IMG/VR virus record: IMGVR_UViG_3300047558_000137
Span: 246,859 to 310,858 of that record
DNA from: a virus
DNA length: 64,000 bases
Direction: 5' to 3' (one strand)
The notes beneath the pieces were generated by a model that had not been told where the DNA came from, ran no database searches, and saw only the letters and a list, made by a program, of their open reading frames with translations. The position numbers were made by a program, and so were the translations under genes. Positions 57,662 to 64,000 of this stretch are shown here, in pieces (positions within the stretch are counted from its first letter, which is position 1; the number at the start of each line of letters is the position of its first letter).

Positions 57662-58129
57662 ATTACTTTTGTCTTTAACCATGCGGTCAAATTGGCCGCT
57701 GCGTCCATCCATATAAAACCCACTAGGATCTAAAATACGTCCACGTATTTCTACCCAACTGTGTGGTATCCAACGAAACTCATCTTCTAAGTTGTTGTTC
57801 TTTATATAGGCAACACGATCCGACTTTTTACGTGGATCTAGCTGTTGCTCACGCATGGCTAATACGTCTTTCTTTTCAAGTGCATCATATGATGTATCTG
57901 CTACATCAACATAGATCCACCCGCCGGATTTGCGTCCGTTGTGTACACGCCCAATTGGAACTATTTCTGCATTACCGTATCCTTGATTACTTAGAAAGTC
58001 TTCAAAGTCTTGGCTTGCCCCAAAGCAGTTATCTTGTACAAAATAATACTGCATCTGCTCAGGACTTGCCTGACGCCAGAAGTCTACTAGCAATGGGTCA
58101 AAAGATTGTGTAAATTCAAAAAGGCGCAT
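57635..58129 (-). CDS. hypothetical protein
   Basis: 164-aa ORF. Confidence 0.45.
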   Translation of the reverse strand: MRLFEFTQSFDPLLVDFWRQASPEQMQYYFVQDNCFGASQDFEDFLSNQGYGNAEIVPIGRVHNGRKSGGWIYVDVADTSYDALEKKDVLAMREQQLDPRKKSDRVAYIKNNNLEDEFRWIPHSWVEIRGRILDPSGFYMDGRSGQFDRMVKDKSNLSSRYRVF

Positions 58130-58139
58130 AGTATATTTA

Positions 58140-58214
58140 TGGGTTGACGTATGAGAATCGAACTCATGATAGCGGAATCACAACCCGCGGTTTTGCCATT
58201 AAACTAACGCCAAC
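58140..58214 (-). tRNA. tRNA-His(GTG) with genomically encoded G-1
   Basis: G-TTGGCGT...GCGGG-TTGTGAT-TCCGC...ATGAGTTCGATTCTCAT-ACGTCAA-C-CCA; G(-1) opposite C73. Confidence 0.8.
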
Positions 58215-58221
58215 ATAAAAC

Positions 58222-58296
58222 TGGAGCCGCTGTATGGAATCGAACCACAATTCCCACGTTCGTAGCGTAGTGTATTATCCATTATACTACAGCGAC
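58222..58296 (-). tRNA. tRNA-Arg(ACG)
   Basis: GTCGCTG-TA-GTATAATGGATAATAC-A-CTACG-CTACGAA-CGTGG...TGTGGTTCGATTCCATA; CCA encoded. Confidence 0.8.
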
Positions 58297-58302
58297 ATTA
58301 TT

Positions 58303-58378
58303 TGGTGCTCCTAGATGGAGTCGAACCATCGACTTCTCCTTACCATGGAGATGTTTTACCGTTTCAAACTATGGGAGC
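58303..58378 (-). tRNA. tRNA-Thr(GGT)
   Basis: GCTCCCA-TA-GTTTGAAACGGTAAAAC-A-TCTCC-ATGGTAA-GGAGA...GATGGTTCGACTCCATC; CCA encoded. Confidence 0.75.
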
Positions 58379-58479
58379 ATGATGCTCTGTGGGCTGTCCA
58401 CTCAAGTCCGAGCAAGACATACGTTAGTATGTTATATTTCGTCTAACGTACATTCCGGTTACGCCGGTTCGTTGAAAAC

Positions 58480-58556
58480 TGGTCGGCCCTAGAGGATTCG
58501 AACCTCTAACCAACGATTTCGAAGACCGCTACTCTATCCAGTTGAGCCAAGGGCCG
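58480..58556 (-). tRNA. tRNA-Arg(TCG) (tentative)
   Basis: CGGCCCT-TG-GCTCAACTGGATAGAGT-A-GCGGT-CTTCGAA-ATCGT...AGAGGTTCGAATCCTCT-AGGGCCG-A-CCA. Confidence 0.65.
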
Positions 58557-59706
58557 AGAATGTTACATCCAATGTGTGCTTCTTCATAATAGCCTGAAAG
58601 TCTTCAAACTTATCAGCTTTTGGCGCACAGTATCCGCACAAACACGATGATTTCTTACATTGTATAACTGGCTTAATTTCATTAGAAAGCAAATTTAATT
58701 GATCATCTAATATAGCCTGATAGTTTGACAAATTACCAATGGGTTTTGTGGTGCCATTGAAGTTCATACGACAGTCTTTGTTGTAATATACATTACCGTT
58801 AACTTGTTTGATATACAAAAAATACCAATTAACACTACAGTACCAATCAAAGAATCCTGCTTCGGGCATAAATGCCACAGGATGTTTTAAATCTTGATTG
58901 CCACATAACTTGCGGCCACCACAACAACTACGACCAACATTGCCCATCCCAACTGTTTCAGACTCAACTGCATCCATTACATCGCCAATAATGTATCTAC
59001 TGCGAGCAACAGTATTAGATTGATAATACTCTTTAAAGAATACAAATTGTTCTTTAGTATATTGCCATCCTGGTCCCGGGTAATCGTTAGCTTTGATTAC
59101 ATACTTAATATTTTGTTGTTTACAAAACTCTACTGCCGATTGACTAATATCCCATTTATCAGGATCATTATGCATAACAAAAACAATCTTTTGTCTACGA
59201 TCAATTGATTTATTGTACAAAATATTATCAAATATCTGCCGACGCTGTTTAGGTAATGCTGTACTATGAAAACTAATTGTAAATTCATCAATTAAATTTG
59301 CGACTTGTTTCCATAACACTGGGCCTGCTACTGCATTGGTTGTGCATGTCACTGTCAGTGGCCAACGATCTGCATACTTCTTGTGCCTAACACGAACTTG
59401 TTCTAATATTTCAACAATGTTGGGATGAAAAATGCTTTCGCCGCCATAGACATTTAAGATAACCATACGTTGCCACGCAGGCTTTAGTTGCATGTATCGA
59501 TCAGCATACTCATACATAAAGTCGATTGTACGCAAACAATCTTCTAACGGTGGGTGCTGAGTGCTGTTATCATGTCCACCTGTTTCAATATCATTTAAAC
59601 AATAGTCGCAATCTAAATTGCACTTCATTGTTAATTCCCAATCTAATAGAAAGGTGGGTCTATTAGACGGGTCAATGGCCGGTTCAATTGAAATGATTTT
59701 TTTCAT
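58534..59706 (-). CDS. radical SAM domain protein (with additional C-terminal Cys clusters)
   Basis: CNLDCDYC (CxxxCxxC) near N-terminus; further CCGGRKLC and CKKSSCLCGYC clusters at C-terminus suggest auxiliary Fe-S (SPASM-like) sites. Confidence 0.7.
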   Translation of the reverse strand: MKKIISIEPAIDPSNRPTFLLDWELTMKCNLDCDYCLNDIETGGHDNSTQHPPLEDCLRTIDFMYEYADRYMQLKPAWQRMVILNVYGGESIFHPNIVEILEQVRVRHKKYADRWPLTVTCTTNAVAGPVLWKQVANLIDEFTISFHSTALPKQRRQIFDNILYNKSIDRRQKIVFVMHNDPDKWDISQSAVEFCKQQNIKYVIKANDYPGPGWQYTKEQFVFFKEYYQSNTVARSRYIIGDVMDAVESETVGMGNVGRSCCGGRKLCGNQDLKHPVAFMPEAGFFDWYCSVNWYFLYIKQVNGNVYYNKDCRMNFNGTTKPIGNLSNYQAILDDQLNLLSNEIKPVIQCKKSSCLCGYCAPKADKFEDFQAIMKKHTLDVTFSALGSTG

Positions 59707-59711
59707 ATAAA

Positions 59712-59789
59712 TGGTCGGAGTTGAGGGATTCGAACCCCCGACCCTCTGGTCCCAAACCAGATGCGCTAGCCAGACTGCGCTAAACTCCG
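59712..59789 (-). tRNA. tRNA-Pro(TGG)
   Basis: CGGAGTT-TA-GCGCAGTCTGGCTAGCGC-A-TCTGG-TTTGGGA-CCAGA...GGGGGTTCGAATCCCTC; CCA encoded. Confidence 0.8.
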
Positions 59790-59793
59790 AAAC

Positions 59794-59884
59794 TGGTGGA
59801 AAGCGTGGGAATCGAACCCACTGACCTGCTCATCACAAGTCTACACCTTAGCAGGGTGCTGCATTACCGGCCTGCCCGCTTTCC
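59794..59884 (-). tRNA. tRNA-Ser(GCT), class II with 6-bp variable stem
   Basis: GGAAAGC...GCACC-CTGCTAA-GGTGT, variable arm GACTTG-TGATGAG-CAGGTC, GTGGGTTCGATTCCCAC; CCA encoded. Confidence 0.75.
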
Positions 59885-59900
59885 TAATTTTGGTGGAGAG

Positions 59901-60287
59901 TTAACGTTTTAACCCTCTGGCTGTTCTTCCTTTGCCTTTATTTTTAGCAACAAACGTATCTGTTTGACTATGACAATTAGGACATAACAGTCTTAAATTC
60001 TTTGGCTTATCATTTCCTGCATTACCATCTATGTGATCTAATTGTAACACAAGAGGTCTATTTTTGTGAGTCCCAGTGTTGCCACACTCAATGCATTTAT
60101 ACCCATGAAGATGTGTTAAACATCTTATAAGAGTTCTTCTAGTAGAAATTTCTCCCTTTAAAAACTTTGGTAATGTTTCTGTTTTAAACTGAAATTGTTG
60201 TTGGCAAGTATTATTGCAAAACTTATTTGTGTGATTTCGTTTTACTATATTCTCTTTGCCGCAGCATAAACAATTGAAATTATTCAT
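59901..60287 (-). CDS. HNH endonuclease (homing-endonuclease-like), paralog 1
   Basis: N-terminal Cys-rich zinc finger (CLCCGKE...CNNTCQ), C-terminal LQLDHIDGNAGNDKPKNLRLLCPNCHSQT HNH motif. Confidence 0.75.
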   Translation of the reverse strand: MNNFNCLCCGKENIVKRNHTNKFCNNTCQQQFQFKTETLPKFLKGEISTRRTLIRCLTHLHGYKCIECGNTGTHKNRPLVLQLDHIDGNAGNDKPKNLRLLCPNCHSQTDTFVAKNKGKGRTARGLKR

Positions 60288-60304
60288 AATGTAGTCCTCT
60301 ACAT

Positions 60305-60312
60305 TATTTATA
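60305..60312 (-). promoter_or_regulatory. TATAAATA late-promoter-like box upstream of HNH gene
   Basis: Minus strand reads TATAAATA 18 nt upstream of the ATG at 60287; spacing short, so tentative. Confidence 0.25.
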
Positions 60313-60336
60313 CAGAACTCTACATTTTTAAGTAGT

Positions 60337-60411
60337 TGGTGGAGGATAGCGGGGTCGAACCGCTGACTGAAGCTTGCAAAGCTACCGTGTTCCCAACTAT
60401 ACCAATCCCCC
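60337..60411 (-). tRNA. tRNA-Ala(TGC) with G3:U70
   Basis: GGGGGAT...GTAGC-TTTGCAA-GCTTC...AGCGGTTCGACCCCGCT-ATCCTCC-A-CCA; G3-T70 wobble is the Ala identity element. Confidence 0.75.
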
Positions 60412-60464
60412 GAATTCGTGACAGACTACTTATCTCATTATACTCCGCCTGTCAGGGAGAGTTT

Positions 60465-60540
60465 TGGTGCCCCTTGTCCGACTCGAACAGACCACCTACT
60501 GATTACAAATCAGTTGCTCTACCAGATGAGCTAAAGGGGC
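60465..60540 (-). tRNA. tRNA-Thr(TGT)
   Basis: GCCCCTT-TA-GCTCATCTGGTAGAGC-A-ACTGA-TTTGTAA-TCAGT...; CCA encoded. Confidence 0.8.
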
Positions 60541-60626
60541 GAAATACTTCCAACTGTTAGCTTACGCTCTCTCCGTTGGCGATTGAGCAGCCGACATTCT
60601 TAAAGTCTTCTCGGAACTGACTTGTT

Positions 60627-60702
60627 TGGCTCCCCAGCGTGGGATCGAACCACGGACACCTTGATTAACAGTCAAGTGCAACTACCGCTGTGCTACTGGG
60701 GA
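60627..60702 (-). tRNA. tRNA-Asn(GTT)
   Basis: TCCCCAG...CTTGA-CTGTTAA-TCAAG...CGTGGTTCGATCCCACG-CTGGGGA-G-CCA. Confidence 0.8.
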
Positions 60703-60747
60703 ATAATACAATTATATATGACAAATTATTGTTGTCAATATAAATTT

Positions 60748-60822
60748 TGGTGTCCAGGGAGAATTTCGAAATCTCGACCTATGCGTTATCAACACATTGC
60801 TCTTCCTCTGAGCTACCCGGAC
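60748..60822 (-). tRNA. tRNA-Ile(GAT)
   Basis: GTCCGGG-TA-GCTCAGAGGAAGAGC-A-ATGTG-TTGATAA-CGCAT...; CCA encoded. Confidence 0.8.
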
Positions 60823-60827
60823 ATATT

Positions 60828-61214
60828 CTAATACCACGGAAGTCCTCTGCTGCCTCTTCCGTTACCTTTATTTTTTGCTTTATGTGTTGGAGTTTTAGCA
60901 TGACAATTAGGACACAATAGCCGCAAATTTTTGGGCCGGTTATCTCCTGCATTGCCATCAATGTGATCTAACTCAAGTGGTATAGGCTCACCTAGCCACT
61001 CAGTGTTATCACAACACATGCATTTCCATCCATGGATATCAACCATATGGGCTTTCATCCATCCACGGTTTACCATCTTACCATCTAAGAAATTTTGTCG
61101 CCTATCTTTCTTTTGCCCTTCTTTAGAACAAGATACACTACAATATGTCCCAGTGGAACTTCCTATTTTAAACTTAAATTCGGTATTACAATTTTTACAA
61201 GTTGCTATTGCCAT
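60828..61214 (-). CDS. HNH endonuclease, paralog 2
   Basis: ATCKNCNTEFKF...CSVSC zinc finger plus LELDHIDGNAGDNRPKNLRLLCPNCHAKT; about 45 percent identical to paralog 1 in the HNH core. Confidence 0.75.
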   Translation of the reverse strand: MAIATCKNCNTEFKFKIGSSTGTYCSVSCSKEGQKKDRRQNFLDGKMVNRGWMKAHMVDIHGWKCMCCDNTEWLGEPIPLELDHIDGNAGDNRPKNLRLLCPNCHAKTPTHKAKNKGNGRGSRGLPWY

Positions 61215-61423
61215 GGTACGATCTCCGTCTACTTGTATTTATGCTCGTACCGCATTTTTAATTGCCAATAAATACTGTATGGAAAAGATTATCAACGAAA
61301 TGCGACAACTCTACGAATATGCCAAAGGCGAATATCGCCGAGGTCCCACGCACGTTTGTACAAATGAATATACTAATACATTTCCAAAAAAACTACCGCC
61401 TGCAATTGATCTAGACAAAACAC

Positions 61424-61663
61424 TTGTTAAGTCTGAGTTTATTACAGATGGATTACCACCGCAATACCATGGCAAACAAACGCACACTAGAGTTGATCGA
61501 AACATATATAGACCAACTCGCTAAACAGCGAACGTTTAACACACGCAGTGAATACCTAGCGTGGCGTAGTGGTGTCCTTGCAGGTTTAATTGCAACGATT
61601 GCAGATCAAGATTCCCTAATACGATCTGCACTAATATCAATAGTACGACGATCTATTAAGTAA
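61424..61663 (+). CDS. small hypothetical protein(s) on plus strand (alternative overlapping frame 61282-61524 also open)
   Basis: Two mutually overlapping plus-strand ORFs between HNH gene and tRNA-Gln; which one is real cannot be decided from sequence alone. Confidence 0.25.
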   Translation: MLSLSLLQMDYHRNTMANKRTLELIETYIDQLAKQRTFNTRSEYLAWRSGVLAGLIATIADQDSLIRSALISIVRRSIK

Positions 61664-61737
61664 TGGCACGGGAACTAGGGATCGAACCTAGGACGACAGA
61701 GTCAAAGTCTGTTGTGTTACCTCTACACCATTCCCGA
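61664..61737 (-). tRNA. tRNA-Gln(TTG)
   Basis: TCGGGAA-TG-GTGTAGAGGTAACAC-A-ACAGA-CTTTGAC-TCTGT...CTAGGTTCGATCCCTAG-TTCCCGT-G-CCA; weak 1:72 pair as in bacterial tRNA-Gln. Confidence 0.7.
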
Positions 61738-61906
61738 ACAAATTTGGCTGAGCGTATGGAGTTGTACCCCAGGCATTAATCGGCTTTTATAGCCCCCACT
61801 CAAGTAGGACCACCGTACCTCTGTTCTTTCTGCAGAAACTCTCGAGCAGTGTACACTACTGCCCTCCACTCCTAGACTAGTGTGTACATGTCTACGAATA
61901 GTACCT

Positions 61907-61982
61907 TGGCGCCCCGTAGGGGTTTCGATCCCCTTGCCTCGACAGTGACAGTGTCGCGCTCTCCCAATTGAGCTAACGGAGC
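61907..61982 (-). tRNA. tRNA-Asp(GTC)
   Basis: GCTCCGT-TA-GCTCAATTGGGAGAGC-G-CGACA-CTGTCAC-TGTCG...AGGGGATCGAAACCCCT; CCA encoded. Confidence 0.8.
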
Positions 61983-62623
61983 AATTTTAATTCTTTGCAA
62001 ATATAATCATAGATAACTCTATGACCTTTTCTATTTGGATGATAACCATCGGGAAAGAAATATTCTTTGTTATCACCTAACGATAACTGATGGTCTTTCA
62101 TTACTATGATACGATCTAATTCATTTAGATCAAATTGCCGATCAATTTTATTCATCCAGTCACTGACCCAAATTGGAGGATGCTGGAACTCGGGCCATAT
62201 TAATCTAGTAACACTAGGTATAATGGGCACAAGATTTTTAAAATCTTTAATTAAGTCTAGATTAATTTCACTACACCCGCCAATACAGTGTATAACAACA
62301 CCCATGCTGTTTAATCTAGTATAGGCATCAATTAAACATTCACGACTTTTTTCTAGTAACTTATCTATAGTATTGTATTGTTCAAACTTATGATAAGGTC
62401 TTAAATCGCGAAGTGGGTCTGATTGAAACCAAAAGATGTAATCAAATTTGTATGTAGGAATCAGCGATGAAGATATTTTATTGCTAAATCCCACACGAGA
62501 TACATTTTTTACATCTGCACCTGCTTCTGCAAAATACTGGGCAAGTCCTTGGTGTTCAACTGCACCATTAGGTGCGCCTAGCTCACCAACTCCCCAACTG
62601 TCTCCTGCTATACAAATTTTCAT
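61973..62623 (-). CDS. SGNH/GDSL-family hydrolase
   Basis: N-terminal MKICIAGDSWGVGELG block I; C-terminal DGYHPNRKGH matches block V DxxH. Confidence 0.6.
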   Translation of the reverse strand: MKICIAGDSWGVGELGAPNGAVEHQGLAQYFAEAGADVKNVSRVGFSNKISSSLIPTYKFDYIFWFQSDPLRDLRPYHKFEQYNTIDKLLEKSRECLIDAYTRLNSMGVVIHCIGGCSEINLDLIKDFKNLVPIIPSVTRLIWPEFQHPPIWVSDWMNKIDRQFDLNELDRIIVMKDHQLSLGDNKEYFFPDGYHPNRKGHRVIYDYICKELKLLR

Positions 62624-62634
62624 ACTATGTTAAA

Positions 62635-62719
62635 TGGTGGATGCGGCTGGAGTCGAACCAGCAGTGCCAGGGGCGGCGGATTTACAGTCCACTGGGGTTA
62701 CCAATTTTCCTACACATCC
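62635..62719 (-). tRNA. tRNA-Tyr(GTA), class II long variable arm
   Basis: GGATGTG...GTGGA-CTGTAAA-TCCGC plus 13-nt variable region, GCTGGTTCGACTCCAGC-CGCATCC-A-CCA. Confidence 0.7.
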
Positions 62720-62724
62720 AAATT

Positions 62725-63111
62725 TTATCTAACTGCTTTTGCTCTAGCTGTGACCATATCATCGATGTTGCCTTTAATAACAACATTGGTGTAAGTATCG
62801 ACTAGACCGCTAGCATGATCAGTAACCCTATTGTCAGGTTCGTGATACGTTCTAATACGTTCCTCGCCTGCTTGATAGCGTTCTGTATCTTTATGGAAAT
62901 GCGCTTGTACCCTACTAAGGCATGTTATATACGCATTTCGTTTATTGTCTTCACGACTCCTACTGCTAGTACCATTGGCTTTTATTCCAGTGGGTACGTG
63001 AATGCAACGACAACAGTTTTGATGTTTGTTACGGTGCTGACCTCCTTTACCGGTGCCAGAATACCATTCATATATAAATTGTTCTTCCGTAACTTTCATA
63101 ACTGCTTCCAT
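62725..63111 (-). CDS. peptidyl-tRNA hydrolase domain protein (RF-1 family GGQ; ArfB/PrfH-like ribosome rescue or release factor fragment)
   Basis: [26 protein letters not shown] = GGQ loop as in [42 protein letters not shown] = release-factor IRTYNFPQGRVTDHRI block; 128 aa, no codon-recognition domains. Confidence 0.8.
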   Translation of the reverse strand: [128 protein letters not shown]

Positions 63112-63116
63112 AAAAT

Positions 63117-63192
63117 GGTACTCGGTACGGGAATCGAACCCGTCTTACTAACGTGAAAGGCTAGTGTCCTAAACCGATAGACGAACCGAGCA
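63117..63192 (-). tRNA. tRNA-Glu(TTC)
   Basis: GCTCGGT-TC-GTCTATCGGTTTAGGAC-A-CTAGC-CTTTCAC-GTTAG...ACGGGTTCGATTCCCGT-ACCGAGT-A-CCA. Confidence 0.75.
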
Positions 63193-63994
63193 TGTTTTCT
63201 AAATCAAGTCTTTGATAAGGTCTTGTTTTAAACAGTTCCTTATTGTACTCGATAATTCTTTTATTGTCAATCCACCATTGACGCCATTGATCTATATTGG
63301 TGTTTAACAATCTTTTAACTTCATTACTGTATGCGGCCCAACGTTGGTCATTGTCAGTTATATCATCATAACTGTAATCAATGAACTCCGGGAAAGCAAA
63401 CCCATAATATGTTTTTAATCTATTAATAAACTTTGCAGTACTAAAAGGCAAAATAAAATGTCCCATAATCAATGGAGAAAAAGTCTTCTCGGTCACCGAT
63501 ATGGTATTGCCATACTCAATTGATTCTCCGTATATAGAAACAAATGTATTCCTATAGTATTCTCTATGTGGTGGTGCGTATACAATTGGTCTGTGACGAC
63601 TTATACCACGCTCTAATTCTGCAACATCTCTGCACATAGGTCTTTCTGACTGCGGAAATAGTGCTCTTGGAGGGTTGCTGTCAACGCTTCCTATATAGCC
63701 ACGATCATTAAACGATTGCAAAAGATCAACTAACATAGTCCTGTATTTTCTAGGACGATCTGTATTACGATATGTTGTGTTAGTTGAAACAAAAATTTTG
63801 TTTTTCTGCATTGCATCAGGATGATCAACTGATTCATAATCACTTGGATGACTATAGTGCAATACATGTGAACTATCACTATATTTGTAATGTTCATAAT
63901 ATGATTTGGTCATATTATATAGATAATCCAAGTAGATGATCTTAGGATGTTCTACATTTGGATCATAGGCACTAGTAAATGTTAAATCATGCAC
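63161..63994 (-). CDS. hypothetical protein (C-terminus overlaps tRNA-Glu by about 30 nt; start near window edge)
   Basis: 277-aa ORF, Tyr/Asn-rich. Confidence 0.4.
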   Translation of the reverse strand: MHDLTFTSAYDPNVEHPKIIYLDYLYNMTKSYYEHYKYSDSSHVLHYSHPSDYESVDHPDAMQKNKIFVSTNTTYRNTDRPRKYRTMLVDLLQSFNDRGYIGSVDSNPPRALFPQSERPMCRDVAELERGISRHRPIVYAPPHREYYRNTFVSIYGESIEYGNTISVTEKTFSPLIMGHFILPFSTAKFINRLKTYYGFAFPEFIDYSYDDITDNDQRWAAYSNEVKRLLNTNIDQWRQWWIDNKRIIEYNKELFKTRPYQRLDLENMLGSSIGLGH

Positions 63995-64000
63995 TGACCC

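Noticed and set aside
58380-58470. Possible additional tRNA between tRNA-Thr and tRNA-Arg
   Set aside because: No T-loop or acceptor pairing; contains only a simple hairpin (ACGTTAG...CTAACGT), perhaps a processing/terminator hairpin.
60336-60831. Plus-strand ORFs 60336-60560 and 60622-60831
   Set aside because: They are antisense translations of the tRNA-Ala/Thr/Asn/Ile block; no independent support.

Overview
The window is a 64 kb stretch of a large tailed-phage genome, apparently T4-like, with nearly all genes on the minus strand. Evidence for the T4-like call: the N-terminal half of class Ia ribonucleotide reductase NrdA runs off the 5' edge, a gp41-like DnaB-family helicase sits next to a gp61-like Zn-ribbon/TOPRIM primase, TATAAATA late-promoter-like boxes are present, and strong GC-hairpin/T-run terminators recur.

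Layout by coordinate:
(i) 0-7 kb: nrdA, a beta-helix (pectate-lyase-like) protein, a PD-(D/E)XK nuclease, SGNH-like hydrolases, and an Fe-S cluster pair IscU plus IscA.
(ii) 7-12 kb: small structural or hypothetical genes, including a small, probably abundant protein flanked by a late promoter and a terminator.
(iii) 12-15 kb: helicase and primase, then a pirin.
(iv) 15-24 kb: tail-fibre-like module with a Gly-rich protein and a 1512-aa collagen-like (G-X-Y) fibre carrying 57-bp tandem repeats.
(v) 24-37 kb: accessory genes, namely a cupin, an SF2 DExH helicase, Cys-rich small proteins, an SPFH/prohibitin protein, several tiny membrane proteins, a type IV pilin-like protein, an AAA+ ATPase, and a tandem paralog pair.
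(vi) 37.5-39.5 kb: complete GroEL and GroES.
(vii) 39.5-48 kb: sugar-nucleotide/glycan island with two GT9-like and one GT17-like transferases, a TylCIII-like C-methyltransferase, UDP-galactopyranose mutase, an RmlB-like 4,6-dehydratase, plus a plus-strand methyltransferase cassette with its own late promoter and terminator.
(viii) 48-51.7 kb: DctP-like TRAP solute-binding protein without signal peptide, and a metallophosphoesterase.
(ix) 51.8-63.2 kb: tRNA island of at least 27 minus-strand tRNAs plus degenerate tRNA-like sequences. Protein genes are interspersed: class I methyltransferase, dual-specificity phosphatase, radical-SAM protein, two paralogous HNH endonucleases, an SGNH hydrolase, and an ArfB/RF-like GGQ peptidyl-tRNA hydrolase.

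The most novel-looking signals are the translation/tRNA-maintenance module (GGQ hydrolase, phosphatases, methyltransferase and radical-SAM enzyme among tRNAs, a 1.3 kb structured non-coding stretch, and a twice-repeated ~90 bp hairpin element) and the C-methyl-deoxysugar/galactofuranose glycan island. Anticodon assignments come from hand-folding and are tentative for a few tRNAs.
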